Part shown: positions 9,474-19,513 of the stretch, piece after piece
Layout of the letters: each line of letters opens with the position of its first letter
Numbering within the stretch: the first letter of the stretch is position 1
From: a virus
Reading direction: 5' to 3' (one strand)
Virus genome (UHGV): UHGV-1440165
Length of the DNA: 64,000 bases
Translations under genes and position numbers: made by a program
Notes under the pieces: model-generated
The model's input: the letters and a program-made list of their open reading frames with translations, nothing else
The model's database searches: none
What the model was told of the DNA's origin: nothing

Positions 9474-10060
9474 ACACCTCTGTTGAAGTCTGGATTATTC
9501 TCAATGAAGTAAGAGCCGCAAGACATGATTGCAAACGAATCCACGAGGTCATCGATTGGCTTGGGATCCTTAACTTCCAACATGTCCATTATACCGCGCA
9601 TATTAACATTGAACAGCGACTCGAAGTGGGAGATCATGGCGAGTTTATCCGCGTTGCCCTTGTCCGTGAACATCTTTTTCACATGTGTCGGCGTGACGAT
9701 CTGGAAGTCGAAATTGTTCCGGCGCAGGGCTTGCTTCAAAAGAGAAGTGTTCTCTGCGGTCTGACAGATATTGTTGGAGTTCTTTGAGTTCCCCATGGCA
9801 TACCCTTCGAGGGTAATGACATCAGGCTTCTCAGTCAGCAGTACAGCCTCAGCCCATTTGCAAATGTTGTAGAAGCGCTCTTCTGGCGTCTCCCACTTCG
9901 GTTGCTTGAGGATCAGGATGTTCTGGCGAATTTGGCTGCAGTACTTCTCCACGGTGTAATACGCGTAGAAGTTCAGGTGGTCAAAATCAAGAGGGTCTTT
10001 GTCGTCCCAGATACAGATGGACGGGCAACCGTATGAGTAGTCAATTCCGCAATATTTCAT
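9470..10060 (-). CDS. RuvC-like Holliday junction resolvase
   Basis: N-terminal CGIDYSYG and C-terminal DDLVDSFAI resemble RuvC catalytic motifs. Confidence 0.5.
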   Translation of the reverse strand: MKYCGIDYSYGCPSICIWDDKDPLDFDHLNFYAYYTVEKYCSQIRQNILILKQPKWETPEERFYNICKWAEAVLLTEKPDVITLEGYAMGNSKNSNNICQTAENTSLLKQALRRNNFDFQIVTPTHVKKMFTDKGNADKLAMISHFESLFNVNMRGIMDMLEVKDPKPIDDLVDSFAIMSCGSYFIENNPDFNRGV

Positions 10061-10111
10061 GTAAATAGCCCATAACGAAGTTTCATTGGTGTATGGGCTA
10101 TTTACGCCGGA

Positions 10112-10621
10112 TTAACGGGTGATGATTTTACCTTCAGGCAGGATCAGGCCTGGATGGTCCAGGTTCTTCTGCATCTGCTGGATGCTCTGGAGGATCACGG
10201 TGGTGTCAATATGGCGTTTCACTTTACGCGCTTCCTCGCCATAAGAAATCTGCCCCTGGGGGTCGATGTAATGAGCTGACACAACCCGCAGATCATAGCC
10301 ACATTTCAACATATACTTGGCAATGTTGCTAACTTCCAGCGACAGTGATTCACCATCCACGCCGATGTTAGCCGAATAGATGACCGCGCCGTTTTCTGCC
10401 GCCTCTGGATCGAACATCACCATACCAGCGATCGTCTGGATCAAAGGAACTCCCTCGGTATCGAAAGCTACCTGATCGAACGCGCCGATGAACTCATCCG
10501 GCACTTTACCTTCGGCGTCAGAAACTGTATGTTTCATCAGGTCCAGAACGTGTTGCTGTACTTCCTCAATCGGAGCACGTTCAACGGGTTTTTCGTTTTG
10601 CATTACTTTTCTCCAGTTCAT
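10112..10621 (-). CDS. hypothetical protein
   Basis: Start at MNWRK with GGAG RBS preferred. Confidence 0.45.
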   Translation of the reverse strand: MNWRKVMQNEKPVERAPIEEVQQHVLDLMKHTVSDAEGKVPDEFIGAFDQVAFDTEGVPLIQTIAGMVMFDPEAAENGAVIYSANIGVDGESLSLEVSNIAKYMLKCGYDLRVVSAHYIDPQGQISYGEEARKVKRHIDTTVILQSIQQMQKNLDHPGLILPEGKIITR

Positions 10622-11111
10622 AATCGCGCTCCACAACATATTGGTAGACACGCATCTTAATATAGTCGGCACCGCCTGCTGAAGACAGCACCCTCCATCC
10701 ACTACTGAGGGCATTCATCTTATATTGACCAACACCCTCTTGAAAATAACTTTTAATCTGTTCCAGCTTTCGCCCACGATGATAATAAGAGATGAGTTCG
10801 CCGATGACAATACATTCTGGATAATGTTTGTCCAATGTATTGATGTTGCGGTGGACATACACGGGCAAAACTTCCTCATCATCGATAGGGCTGTACAATG
10901 GGTCGACGATGATTACATTCAGACCATAACGCAGCAGATCTTTGACGCCCAGTCGACAGAACTTATAATCTTCGTGCTTCATCGCCACATATTCGATATT
11001 CTCTTTCTGAGCATAATCCGTCAAGAAAATAAAGAAGTCTGTGTTGGGATCTGGATATTGTATCGACAATTCCTTGCCGATTTCACTAAAACAAAATCCG
11101 CGCATTTTCAT
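10581..11111 (-). CDS. hypothetical protein (176 aa)
   Basis: ORF. Confidence 0.5.
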   Translation of the reverse strand: MKMRGFCFSEIGKELSIQYPDPNTDFFIFLTDYAQKENIEYVAMKHEDYKFCRLGVKDLLRYGLNVIIVDPLYSPIDDEEVLPVYVHRNINTLDKHYPECIVIGELISYYHRGRKLEQIKSYFQEGVGQYKMNALSSGWRVLSSAGGADYIKMRVYQYVVERDYELEKSNAKRKTR

Positions 11112-11118
11112 TCCTCGT

Positions 11119-11126
11119 TATAAATA
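11119..11126 (+). promoter_or_regulatory. T4-type late promoter box TATAAATA
   Basis: Exact TATAAATA ~30 nt upstream of ATG at 11156. Confidence 0.5.
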
Positions 11127-11155
11127 TCTGTACAACTATACTGTGGAGACATATT

Positions 11156-11962
11156 ATGAAATTGCCTTCATTGCCCAGAACGGAAAAGACGTTCAAAAGT
11201 GATTTTTGGCCGAGTGTTATCAAATACCGCGCTTTCACTGCCGGGCAACAAACCCTCATGCTGCAGGTGGCAGATCCAAACACTCCGGTAGCCGAACGCG
11301 CCGAGATCATGGAGAGCCTGTTTGCAGATTGTGTTGAAGCTGGAGCACCGTTCAACAAATTACCCATCGGTGTGGTTGAAGAAGTGTTCATCCGCATGCG
11401 CAGTATCGCTATTGGCGAGCTGATGAAGATTCGTTACAAGTGCAATAACCCTATCGAAGAAACAACCGACCTCGGTGATGGCGAATCCAGAAAAGAAATG
11501 GTTCCGTGTGGGCAAGAACTGACTCTGCCGATCCCCCTCTTGAACGTGAAATGCGTGGCAAAGGAAGGGTTCAAAGAGGTCTTCGACCTGCCTGGTGGTT
11601 ATCACCTGAAGATGCGCCAGCCGTCCTTCGCTGATGCCACCGCGCTGTCCGAATCGGCAAGTGTTGAGCAAATGCTGGCCACCTTTATCGACTGCTTGTA
11701 CGATGACGACGGCCAGGTGTGGAGTGTTGAGAACCCTGATGAACCGGGTATCAAGCCGGAAGATGCTATCGAGCGCCGTCGTGTCAAAGAAGCGTTTATC
11801 GAATGGGTGAAAGATAACCTCGAATCAGATGTCATCGAGGATATCACCAAGAACTTCTTCCATAAGATTCCTCGCATCCACTACAAGAACAAGATCAAGT
11901 GTCCAAAATGTGGTAAAGAACACCCGATCGAGTTCAACAGCATTAATGAAATTTTCATCTAA
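11156..11962 (+). CDS. putative baseplate protein with C-terminal CxxC (late gene)
   Basis: Late promoter; located upstream of gp5-like and gp25-like genes; C-terminal KCPKCGKEH. Confidence 0.35.
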   Translation: MKLPSLPRTEKTFKSDFWPSVIKYRAFTAGQQTLMLQVADPNTPVAERAEIMESLFADCVEAGAPFNKLPIGVVEEVFIRMRSIAIGELMKIRYKCNNPIEETTDLGDGESRKEMVPCGQELTLPIPLLNVKCVAKEGFKEVFDLPGGYHLKMRQPSFADATALSESASVEQMLATFIDCLYDDDGQVWSVENPDEPGIKPEDAIERRRVKEAFIEWVKDNLESDVIEDITKNFFHKIPRIHYKNKIKCPKCGKEHPIEFNSINEIFI

Positions 11963-12105
11963 TGTTTGAAACTGATTTGCTATCCTACTTCGTGATGTGT
12001 GATGAATTGAAGTTACACGGCTATAACATATTCGAAATCAACGAGTCGATGCCATGGCACCTTGACTTGTTAACCGAAGCCCTCCGGGTCAGGTTATCTA
12101 AGAAG

Positions 12106-12128
12106 AACCCCGCATAAGCGGGGTTTTT
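12106..12128 (+). terminator. rho-independent terminator (AACCCCGCATAAGCGGGGTT + TTTT)
   Basis: Stem-loop plus T-run after 11156..11962. Confidence 0.7.
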
Positions 12129-12468
12129 ATTGGCTTAACTGTAAAACAGGTTAATGCCGCTCCTCTTTACCCGAAATTGTTATAATAGGCGTGTTCCTGA
12201 GTTAACAATTGGCGGTCTCTGGTTTTGAATCAGATTGTCAATTAAAAACCATTTTTCAAGGGATGTTCTGAGGTGTACAGTTATTGCCTCGCTCTTATGC
12301 CTCCATGGCATTGGAATGGTGCTGCCTGCATAAGGCGGTCTGATGAGCGAAGCGAATAGGATCGAATAAGACAATAACGGAACGGAAGCAGAGCTTCCTA
12401 TAGTATATAAGGCAAAATCCGTTGCGCATAAATACCTTCAAATCCTTGTTTGACAACTGGAACACAAC

Positions 12469-14079
12469 ATGTTAGACAAAATGAAATGGTTTTATGGCAC
12501 GGTTGAAGACGTCAACGATCCGGACCAAAACGGGCGCGTGGCCGTCCGCATCTATGGCGTACACACAGACGATCCAGTCCTCCTGCCTACCGATAAACTC
12601 CCATGGGCGAAGGTGTTAATGCCTGCATCGAATGCCTCCTCGGCTGGTTTAGGCTGGTCACCGACTGGTATTATCGTTGGCACTGAGGTCATGGGGTTCG
12701 CCCTGGACGATGCGTATCAGAATCTGCGTATCACTTGGACATGGCCGGGGGCTTCTCCTACCGATGGGGCAGACACAAACCCGCTGGCTCTGGGGCAGGT
12801 TGTGCAATCTGTCGAACGTCAGGCGTACAATGCTGTGACGGACGTGCCTGTGAAGGAAGAAGACACACCGCCACCGGACCCCCAGCCTCCTGTTGGTGGA
12901 TATGATCCTGAAAAATGGATGACTATCGCTCGTGGTGAATTGGGTGTCAAAGAGTACGCTGGCAAGTTCAATAACAACCCACGAATCGTTGAGTACCACA
13001 AGACCACCTCCCTCGGCGCATCTGAAGATGAGGTGTCATGGTGTGCGGCGTTCGTCGGTTGGGTTATGCTCAAGGCCGGATTTACGTCTACGCGCTCTGC
13101 TCTTGCCCGATCATACCTGACATGGGGTAGTCCACTGTCAGGACCACAATATGGCGCTATCGTAGTGTTCCGGCGCGGGAACAACCCTACGTTCGGTCAC
13201 GTGGCGTTTGTACAGAAGTTCGATGCCAACTATGTGTGGTGTCTTGGTGGCAACCAGTCTGACTCCGTGAAGGTGAGCCGTTTCAGCCGATCTTCAGTTC
13301 TGGGCTACCGCTGGCCGGGTCCGACTAACACTACCGCAGCAGCCCCAGCACAACAGAACGGGAAGTGGTCTGAACCTATCCCAGACCGTACTCCAAAAGA
13401 GCAGACGACTCCGCCTCCTTCCGGGCGTGTGCAGGATATTGACAACACTGGCGAGACTATGGTTCCGGCAGCGGGTGGTTCCAAATATCCGTACAACAAT
13501 GTCATGGCTTCACGTGCGGGGCACATCATGGAAGTGGACGACACTCCTGGTGGTGAACGTCTCCACTGGATGCACATGTCAGGCTCGTACAAGCAGATGC
13601 TGCCGGACGGGGATGTTGTCAACAAGTCGGTCAAAGACCACTATGACCTGACTATGTTCAACAAACGCTATTATGTTGGCGGCGATCACAACCTGACTAT
13701 CAAAGGGACTGAGGTGCAGCGCAAGAACGGTGAAGTCTATCACCTGCACTCCAGCAATTACTCAAATGTGGTTGCAGGCACGGCGCTATTAAAGTTCAGC
13801 GATCTGGTCGAAATGCAGGCACAGAAGATCTTGCGTATCATCTGTGAGACTCTTGAAGTTGGCGGTGTTCTGAAAGTTCCTAAGCTGCTGGTCACAGAGA
13901 TCATCGCCGATAAACTGACGGTGGCACAGACAATCAACGGCAACATCATATATGCTGAAGGTGCTGGTCGTGCTTCTTCTCTGTCGGGTGCAACCCCGGC
14001 CAGCCCTACGGGTCCGGGTGAGATAGATATCAAGGCAGAGCTAAAAGACAATGGTGGTAATTTCTCCTCAGGGGAATAA
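12469..14079 (+). CDS. baseplate central spike / tail-associated peptidoglycan hydrolase (T4 gp5-like)
   Basis: N-terminus WFYGTVEDVNDP...RVAVRIYGVHT matches gp5 OB domain (WFVGVVEDVMDP...RVKVRVYGLHT); central CHAP/TIGR02594-like peptidase segment (EVSWCAAFVGWV...GHVAFV); C-terminal repeat region. Confidence 0.8.
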   Translation: MLDKMKWFYGTVEDVNDPDQNGRVAVRIYGVHTDDPVLLPTDKLPWAKVLMPASNASSAGLGWSPTGIIVGTEVMGFALDDAYQNLRITWTWPGASPTDGADTNPLALGQVVQSVERQAYNAVTDVPVKEEDTPPPDPQPPVGGYDPEKWMTIARGELGVKEYAGKFNNNPRIVEYHKTTSLGASEDEVSWCAAFVGWVMLKAGFTSTRSALARSYLTWGSPLSGPQYGAIVVFRRGNNPTFGHVAFVQKFDANYVWCLGGNQSDSVKVSRFSRSSVLGYRWPGPTNTTAAAPAQQNGKWSEPIPDRTPKEQTTPPPSGRVQDIDNTGETMVPAAGGSKYPYNNVMASRAGHIMEVDDTPGGERLHWMHMSGSYKQMLPDGDVVNKSVKDHYDLTMFNKRYYVGGDHNLTIKGTEVQRKNGEVYHLHSSNYSNVVAGTALLKFSDLVEMQAQKILRIICETLEVGGVLKVPKLLVTEIIADKLTVAQTINGNIIYAEGAGRASSLSGATPASPTGPGEIDIKAELKDNGGNFSSGE

Positions 14080-14151
14080 CCTGGTATAGTTTAGCGGCAG
14101 AGAGGCAGCACGTCTCTCTGCTCCTTCTAGGCATCCTCAGGGGGTGTGTAA

Positions 14152-14532
14152 ATGAAAGAGTACAAAGATGTCGATCTGAAGTTTGGGATGCACCCGGTCA
14201 CCAAGGACGTCACCATGAAGTCTGGGGTGTATGCTGTGCTTCAATCCGTGAGGAATATCACGATGTCCGCTGTTGGTGACTGGCCGACATATCCTGGTAT
14301 CGGTGCAGGGCTTTACGGTCTTCTGGGTGAGAACACGAACCCGACGATTCAGGTGGACGTGGCGAAGAAAGTAGAGGACGCCATTGCCCTGTATGAGCCT
14401 CGAGCAGAGGTGGATGATGTGAGCGTGTCCCTGTCAGATGATTATCATTCTCTGGGCGTGACCATCAGATTCTATGTGGTCAACAACCCAGAGCCGATAA
14501 CAGACACAGTCTGGTTGAAGCGGACGAACTGA
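14152..14532 (+). CDS. baseplate wedge protein (T4 gp25-like)
   Basis: VEDAIALYEPRAEVDD...IRFYVVNNPEP matches gp25 VRNYEPRIDK...IRFSVIDNPDD. Confidence 0.75.
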   Translation: MKEYKDVDLKFGMHPVTKDVTMKSGVYAVLQSVRNITMSAVGDWPTYPGIGAGLYGLLGENTNPTIQVDVAKKVEDAIALYEPRAEVDDVSVSLSDDYHSLGVTIRFYVVNNPEPITDTVWLKRTN

Positions 14533-14922
14533 TTAACTGGCGTTGGGTGGTGTGAACATAGGCTTCAGGACGATAGTCATTTTGAAACCCACCAACAACG
14601 CAAATCTGTACTTCACGCCATCCTCCCGGAATTCGTGTGCGACTGGTTCTAAGAACAGGTCATATTTCTGAAGATCGACTGGCTTGTCAATCATGAACCT
14701 CATCATCATTGACGATTCTCTTGGCTTGAAATTCTCCGTGCGATTGAAATCAAATGCCCAGTATTCACTGTCATCAATCGCACATGAGACTCCCTTCCCA
14801 ACTTTCTTCCCACCCTCGTACACTGGGATTGTTTCCCCGGCGGCCAAGAGTTGGTGCAGAACACGGAAAGTGTTCAATTCTGATCTTGGAAGAATAAACT
14901 TCGCGTCAAGAGGATAGTTCAT
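14533..14922 (-). CDS. hypothetical protein
   Basis: Internal start MNYPLD preferred. Confidence 0.4.
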   Translation of the reverse strand: MNYPLDAKFILPRSELNTFRVLHQLLAAGETIPVYEGGKKVGKGVSCAIDDSEYWAFDFNRTENFKPRESSMMMRFMIDKPVDLQKYDLFLEPVAHEFREDGVKYRFALLVGFKMTIVLKPMFTPPNAS

Positions 14923-14927
14923 GATGG

Positions 14928-15389
14928 TTACTCCGCGAGGGTGATCACAACCATATTTAAGACAGTGTCGACAGCGCGGCCTGTTTCCTCTTCGTGGAGG
15001 GTTTCGGCGCGGAGGTGAACGTCGGTGATGAAATTGTCTATGTGCATTGACGTCAGGTACGGGCGGTGCTGACATACAGGTCGATTAATCAGAACGTATT
15101 CGCGCAGAATGCCAAAATCTTTCTGCGAGCACCCGGTGGTATCGATGCGCAGGAAGCGCTCATTGTGACTCGTCTTTAGTTCAGTCACTTTGCCGAGGTA
15201 GACCAGAGGTCCATTGAGACCGATACGGAACATGACATCAACCACAGACTTGAAGATTTCGCGTTCAATCAGTGCGGTGGGTGACCAGCAGATCTCTTCT
15301 TTGTCGTCGGCGTACAGGGTGTCGATCACCAGAGGGAGCTGAATGTAACCGAAGTTGTGCAGTGGGTTGGTGAGTACTTTGTTTGTCAT
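14928..15389 (-). CDS. hypothetical protein (153 aa)
   Basis: ORF. Confidence 0.5.
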   Translation of the reverse strand: MTNKVLTNPLHNFGYIQLPLVIDTLYADDKEEICWSPTALIEREIFKSVVDVMFRIGLNGPLVYLGKVTELKTSHNERFLRIDTTGCSQKDFGILREYVLINRPVCQHRPYLTSMHIDNFITDVHLRAETLHEEETGRAVDTVLNMVVITLAE

Positions 15390-15400
15390 GATATAGTTCC

Positions 15401-15634
15401 TTATTTCACATATTCAAGGGCTTTGGACAGGCCAAAGCGAAGACGTTCACGAGCAACCTTCAATTCCTCTCGGTCTTCCCCTTTGTTGTCGTGGTTCATG
15501 ATAATTTGGTAGTTAACCGCCGCACGAAGGGCACGGAGTTCCCCCACCCAGTAGGCTTTGTCGGCAGCACAGCCTTTCTTGGCAACTTTGGCGTGATAAG
15601 TCATTGAGGCATTGTAGACTTCGGAGTCTGTCAT
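15401..15634 (-). CDS. hypothetical protein
   Basis: Start MTDSEV with AGGAA RBS; promoter upstream. Confidence 0.45.
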   Translation of the reverse strand: MTDSEVYNASMTYHAKVAKKGCAADKAYWVGELRALRAAVNYQIIMNHDNKGEDREELKVARERLRFGLSKALEYVK

Positions 15635-15685
15635 GGTGTAGTTCCTGCTGTTCAATTTGTGGCGAATGCCAATGAATTACTGGGA

Positions 15686-15714
15686 AGTATAGGGGAGGGT
15701 GTTTCAAAAGTAAA
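15686..15714 (-). promoter_or_regulatory. sigma70-like early promoter TTTACT-N17-TATACT
   Basis: Hexamers with 17-nt spacer immediately after terminator hairpin. Confidence 0.5.
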
Positions 15715-15737
15715 GCCCCTCATTGAGGGGCTTTGGC
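15714..15737 (-). terminator. rho-independent terminator (AAAGCCCCTCATTGAGGGGCTTT)
   Basis: Stem-loop after glutaredoxin gene. Confidence 0.6.
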
Positions 15738-15740
15738 AGA

Positions 15741-15965
15741 TCAGCGTTTGAGGCTGGCGGCGAGTCCACTAACGTCGGTCACGGTCTGGTCAGCGAGGAC
15801 GATAACAGGCATCGACATGCGCTGCTTACCCGTCAACTTCTGAAGTTCTTCCAGCTGATAATCCTTGTCCAGCTTCAGAATCTTGTGGTCCAGCCCTTTC
15901 ATCTTGCACAGATTTTCAGCTGTAACACACTGCGCGCAACCTTGTTTAGAGTAGATCGTAATCAT
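15741..15965 (-). CDS. glutaredoxin/NrdH-like redoxin
   Basis: CAQC active-site motif, 74 aa, directly upstream of nrdB/nrdA. Confidence 0.65.
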   Translation of the reverse strand: MITIYSKQGCAQCVTAENLCKMKGLDHKILKLDKDYQLEELQKLTGKQRMSMPVIVLADQTVTDVSGLAASLKR

Positions 15966-15974
15966 TTCTCACCT

Positions 15975-17078
15975 TTAAGCGAATTTGAGACCGTCGGATA
16001 CTGAACCAGTCAGTACACCCATCAGATAATCAGGAGCTTCCGCTTCCTGCAACGCGTACTGCATTGTCTTATTATTTAGCCACTCGTTGATCCATGGCAC
16101 TGGGCATTCCTTACGTGGTTCCCCAGGATATGGGTGTCCGATAGCGCCCATGCGGTGGGTGAGCAACCAGTCTACCATATGGTGTAGGATCTTCGCGTTC
16201 AGGCCAAGCATGGAGCCGTCCTGGAACAGATAGTCAGCCCATTGCTTCTCCTGATTACCCACGTCCAAGAACATCTGGGTCATCTCACCACGCAGTTCCT
16301 CACGGATGATTTCGAAGTCAGGGTCCATACCAGGCAGGCGGTTCAGCAGAGTCTGGGTAAGGATCAAGTGGTCTTGCTCATCACGGGCGATCTGGCGGAT
16401 GATTTTAGCGTTGCCTTCCATCTTCTTCTGGAACTGCGTGAACGCCCAAGAGCATGCAAAGGACACGTAGAAGCGGATGCCTTCCAGTGTGTTGGCAGCA
16501 AACAGAGCACGCCAGAATGCGCGTTTGGCATTCATAATGTCTTCACGAGTAAAGGCGCGACCAGCCATACGCATACCACTGTAACGAACCATATCGTCAT
16601 AGTGAGTACTAATCTGATGAGCGCAGTCCACGATCTCTGCAACGTCTAACACGTGGTCAAACACGATACCAGGATCGTTCACAGTGTTTCGCAGGATGTG
16701 GGTGTACGACAGGGAGTGAATGGCTTCTTGACGTGTCCACTCAAGGACGGCGAACTGCATTTCAGGGGTAGACGCCCATGGACCAAACGCCTCGAACGGA
16801 GCCGCGCCCTGGATAGAATCCAGCATGGTCTGGCGCTTCAGGTTGCTTTCATAGATGCGCTTTTCAGCAGGTGTGAGTGTTGCATAGTCGGCCTTGTCCT
16901 TAGTGATGTCTACTTCTTCCGGACGCCAGAACTGGCTGAGGCCTTTCTCATACCACTTCTGTACGAATGGCCAAGCTACGATGTCATAGCGCTGAATGCT
17001 CACCGGATCGCCGAAGAACGGCAGGCCAGTGTTGTCAGAGCTTGGGTCGAATACGGAGAATTGTTTCTGTTCGCTCAT
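15975..17078 (-). CDS. nrdB: ribonucleotide reductase class Ia beta subunit
   Basis: Ferritin-like di-iron R2 motifs, 367 aa, adjacent to nrdA. Confidence 0.9.
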   Translation of the reverse strand: MSEQKQFSVFDPSSDNTGLPFFGDPVSIQRYDIVAWPFVQKWYEKGLSQFWRPEEVDITKDKADYATLTPAEKRIYESNLKRQTMLDSIQGAAPFEAFGPWASTPEMQFAVLEWTRQEAIHSLSYTHILRNTVNDPGIVFDHVLDVAEIVDCAHQISTHYDDMVRYSGMRMAGRAFTREDIMNAKRAFWRALFAANTLEGIRFYVSFACSWAFTQFQKKMEGNAKIIRQIARDEQDHLILTQTLLNRLPGMDPDFEIIREELRGEMTQMFLDVGNQEKQWADYLFQDGSMLGLNAKILHHMVDWLLTHRMGAIGHPYPGEPRKECPVPWINEWLNNKTMQYALQEAEAPDYLMGVLTGSVSDGLKFA

Positions 17079-17148
17079 GTTTCTTTCCTGATGAATAAGG
17101 GGTGATCTCTCACCCCTGATGATATAACGGTAGCAGGTTTAGACCAAC

Positions 17149-19428
17149 TCAGACAACACAGGTGTCACAAACTTCTTCAGCCTGTTTCAGCTCTTCGTCT
17201 TCCTTGGCGTCCTTGTTCGTGTTGTAATACAGAGTCTTGCCGCCCCACATATAGAAGGACAGGATATCCTGCATCATCTTGGCACGAGGAATTTTGCCAC
17301 CCGGGAACTTCTCTGGGTCATACCAGGTGTTGGTGCTGATGGCCTGGTCAACCCAGCGCTGAATAACAGCAGCGGTCTTCAGGTACTCGATGCATTCCAG
17401 GTCCCACTTCAGGTCATACAGCGGTCCAAGGGTCTCTACATCCGGAACAACCTGCTTGTAAGTGCCGTCCTTGCTACCCTTAATGCTTACCAAGCCCTTC
17501 GGCGGCTCAATGCCGTTCGTTGCGTTGAGGACTTGTGAGGAGCTTTCGGTAGGGGCTACTGCCAGCAGGGTGGCGTTGCGGATACCATAGGTCTTCAGAT
17601 CATCCTTCAGTTCTTCCCAATCCAGACCGTATGCCATGCCTTCCGGCTTCTTACCATTCGGCAGGATATCAAGTGGAAGCGGCTGAAGATCGGCAGTCAC
17701 CTGACCCATACCATGAATGGTCGCACGTTTGCATGCACCGAACTTCATCGCCAGACGGTTGGATGCCTTGACCAGATAGTAGTGTAGGTGCGCCATCCAC
17801 GCATCCAACATCTCGAGACCAGCTGGTGAGCCGTACCCCGTGAAGTTCTTGGCCAGGAAGTGAGCCACGTTCACGATACCAACACCCAGAGGGCGATAGT
17901 CTTCAACAGCTTTACGAGCCTGGATTGCCGGATAGTCTTGATATTCCAACAGCATGTCCAGCGCAGACACCAACACGAACGCCACGTCTTCCATCTCAGT
18001 CGGGTCTTCGAACGCCGTCAGGTTAAAGGAAGCCAGGGTACACAGAGCCACGCGCCCGTTTTCATCGTTGTACTGCTCAAACTCACGGGTCGGCAGGGCG
18101 ATTTCAAGACACAGGTTGGAGCTGTAGATGGTGTCGAGGTTGAATGGGCTGTATTCATTCATGTGATCGACAAATGCGATATAGATGCGGCCTGTGTCTG
18201 AACGCTGGTCTAACAGCATCTGGAACACTTCTTCAGCCTGCAGCTTCTTAGAACGCACCAGACCAGCATCGGCGGCCTTGATCATGTTCTCATACAGAGT
18301 ACGGAACTTGTCAACGTCGGCGAAGTATGCTTCGTACATTTCGCGGTTGTCTTTCGGGTCGAACAGATACAGAGGCTGCTTGGCAACCAGGCGCTCAAAC
18401 ATTACACGATTGATCTGAATACCGTAGTCGATACGACGTTCGCGGTTCTCTTCAGTACCACGGTTGTTCTTCAGAACAACGACGTCATCGAACTGGTAAT
18501 GCCACAGAGGGATATAAGCTGTTGCTGCACCACCACGAATGCCGCCCTGAGAGCACGACTTCAGCGCCCCAGTGAGGTACTTGATGAACGGGATCAGGCC
18601 TGTGTGAACCATCTCTCCGCCGCGAATAGGACTGCCAATCCCACGGATAGCCCCGATGTCGAAGCCGATACCCGCACGTTTGGACACATAGTCAACGATG
18701 GTCTTGGCTGTTGCGTTGATAGAATCCAGGGTGTCACCAGTTTTGATCAACACACAGGAACTGAACTGACGGGTTGGCGTACGAACGCCTGCCATGATCG
18801 GGGTTGGAAGACTGAACTTGCCTGTGCTGGCATATTCATAGAACTTCTTCACCATATCCAGGCGGCTGTCTTTGTCCCAGTTGGAGAACAACGCCATGGC
18901 GATGCCCATGTACATGACCTGTGGGGTTTCATAGAAGATCTTGCTGTCCTTCTTGGAACGGTCACGCAGCAGATACTTCTCTGTCAGCTGGCCCATGGCC
19001 GCCCAGGTGAAGTTCTTGTCACGTTTGTGGTTGATAACATCGTTCAGCTCGTTGAACTCTTCGGTAGTGTAGAGATCAAGGAACTCACGATCATACACGC
19101 GCTGTTTGATGTTCTTGGCGAAGATATCCAGCAGGTGAGGCGGCTTGTACTGGCCATAGGCGCTCTTACGCAGATCATATGACTTCAGACGAGCAGCCAC
19201 ATACTGGTAATTGGGTTTGTCTACGGAGATCAGTGAAGCCGCAGCCTGGATGAGGATATCCTGAATGCGATCTGTTCTCATGTTATCGGTGAACTGGATC
19301 TTCGATGCAGCAATCACCTCTGACATTGATACCCCAGGCAGACCATCACACGCACGGTCTACGACAGTGTGGAGTCTTTCAATATCAAAGGGGACAGAAG
19401 ATCCGTCCCGCTTAATGACGTTAATCAT
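17149..19428 (-). CDS. nrdA: ribonucleotide reductase class Ia alpha subunit
   Basis: N-terminal ATP-cone (VIKRDGSSVPFDIERL), 759 aa, C-terminal CxxC tail. Confidence 0.9.
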   Translation of the reverse strand: MINVIKRDGSSVPFDIERLHTVVDRACDGLPGVSMSEVIAASKIQFTDNMRTDRIQDILIQAAASLISVDKPNYQYVAARLKSYDLRKSAYGQYKPPHLLDIFAKNIKQRVYDREFLDLYTTEEFNELNDVINHKRDKNFTWAAMGQLTEKYLLRDRSKKDSKIFYETPQVMYMGIAMALFSNWDKDSRLDMVKKFYEYASTGKFSLPTPIMAGVRTPTRQFSSCVLIKTGDTLDSINATAKTIVDYVSKRAGIGFDIGAIRGIGSPIRGGEMVHTGLIPFIKYLTGALKSCSQGGIRGGAATAYIPLWHYQFDDVVVLKNNRGTEENRERRIDYGIQINRVMFERLVAKQPLYLFDPKDNREMYEAYFADVDKFRTLYENMIKAADAGLVRSKKLQAEEVFQMLLDQRSDTGRIYIAFVDHMNEYSPFNLDTIYSSNLCLEIALPTREFEQYNDENGRVALCTLASFNLTAFEDPTEMEDVAFVLVSALDMLLEYQDYPAIQARKAVEDYRPLGVGIVNVAHFLAKNFTGYGSPAGLEMLDAWMAHLHYYLVKASNRLAMKFGACKRATIHGMGQVTADLQPLPLDILPNGKKPEGMAYGLDWEELKDDLKTYGIRNATLLAVAPTESSSQVLNATNGIEPPKGLVSIKGSKDGTYKQVVPDVETLGPLYDLKWDLECIEYLKTAAVIQRWVDQAISTNTWYDPEKFPGGKIPRAKMMQDILSFYMWGGKTLYYNTNKDAKEDEELKQAEEVCDTCVV

Positions 19429-19513
19429 AGCGATCCTCGGTTTGTGTTATAAGCAGGTTTTATTATACGCCGCCCTCGTAGATTGAAGGCGGCGGGGAGT
19501 GTTGATGAGTTAC

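Noticed and set aside
12339-12360. Hammerhead-ribozyme-like core CUGAUGAG...GAA
   Set aside because: Stem II would be only 2 bp and the GAAA/stem III context is missing; judged a chance match.
12180-12374. 64-aa minus-strand ORF in the long intergenic region
   Set aside because: No RBS or promoter context and opposite to surrounding plus-strand transcription; the region is more plausibly non-coding.
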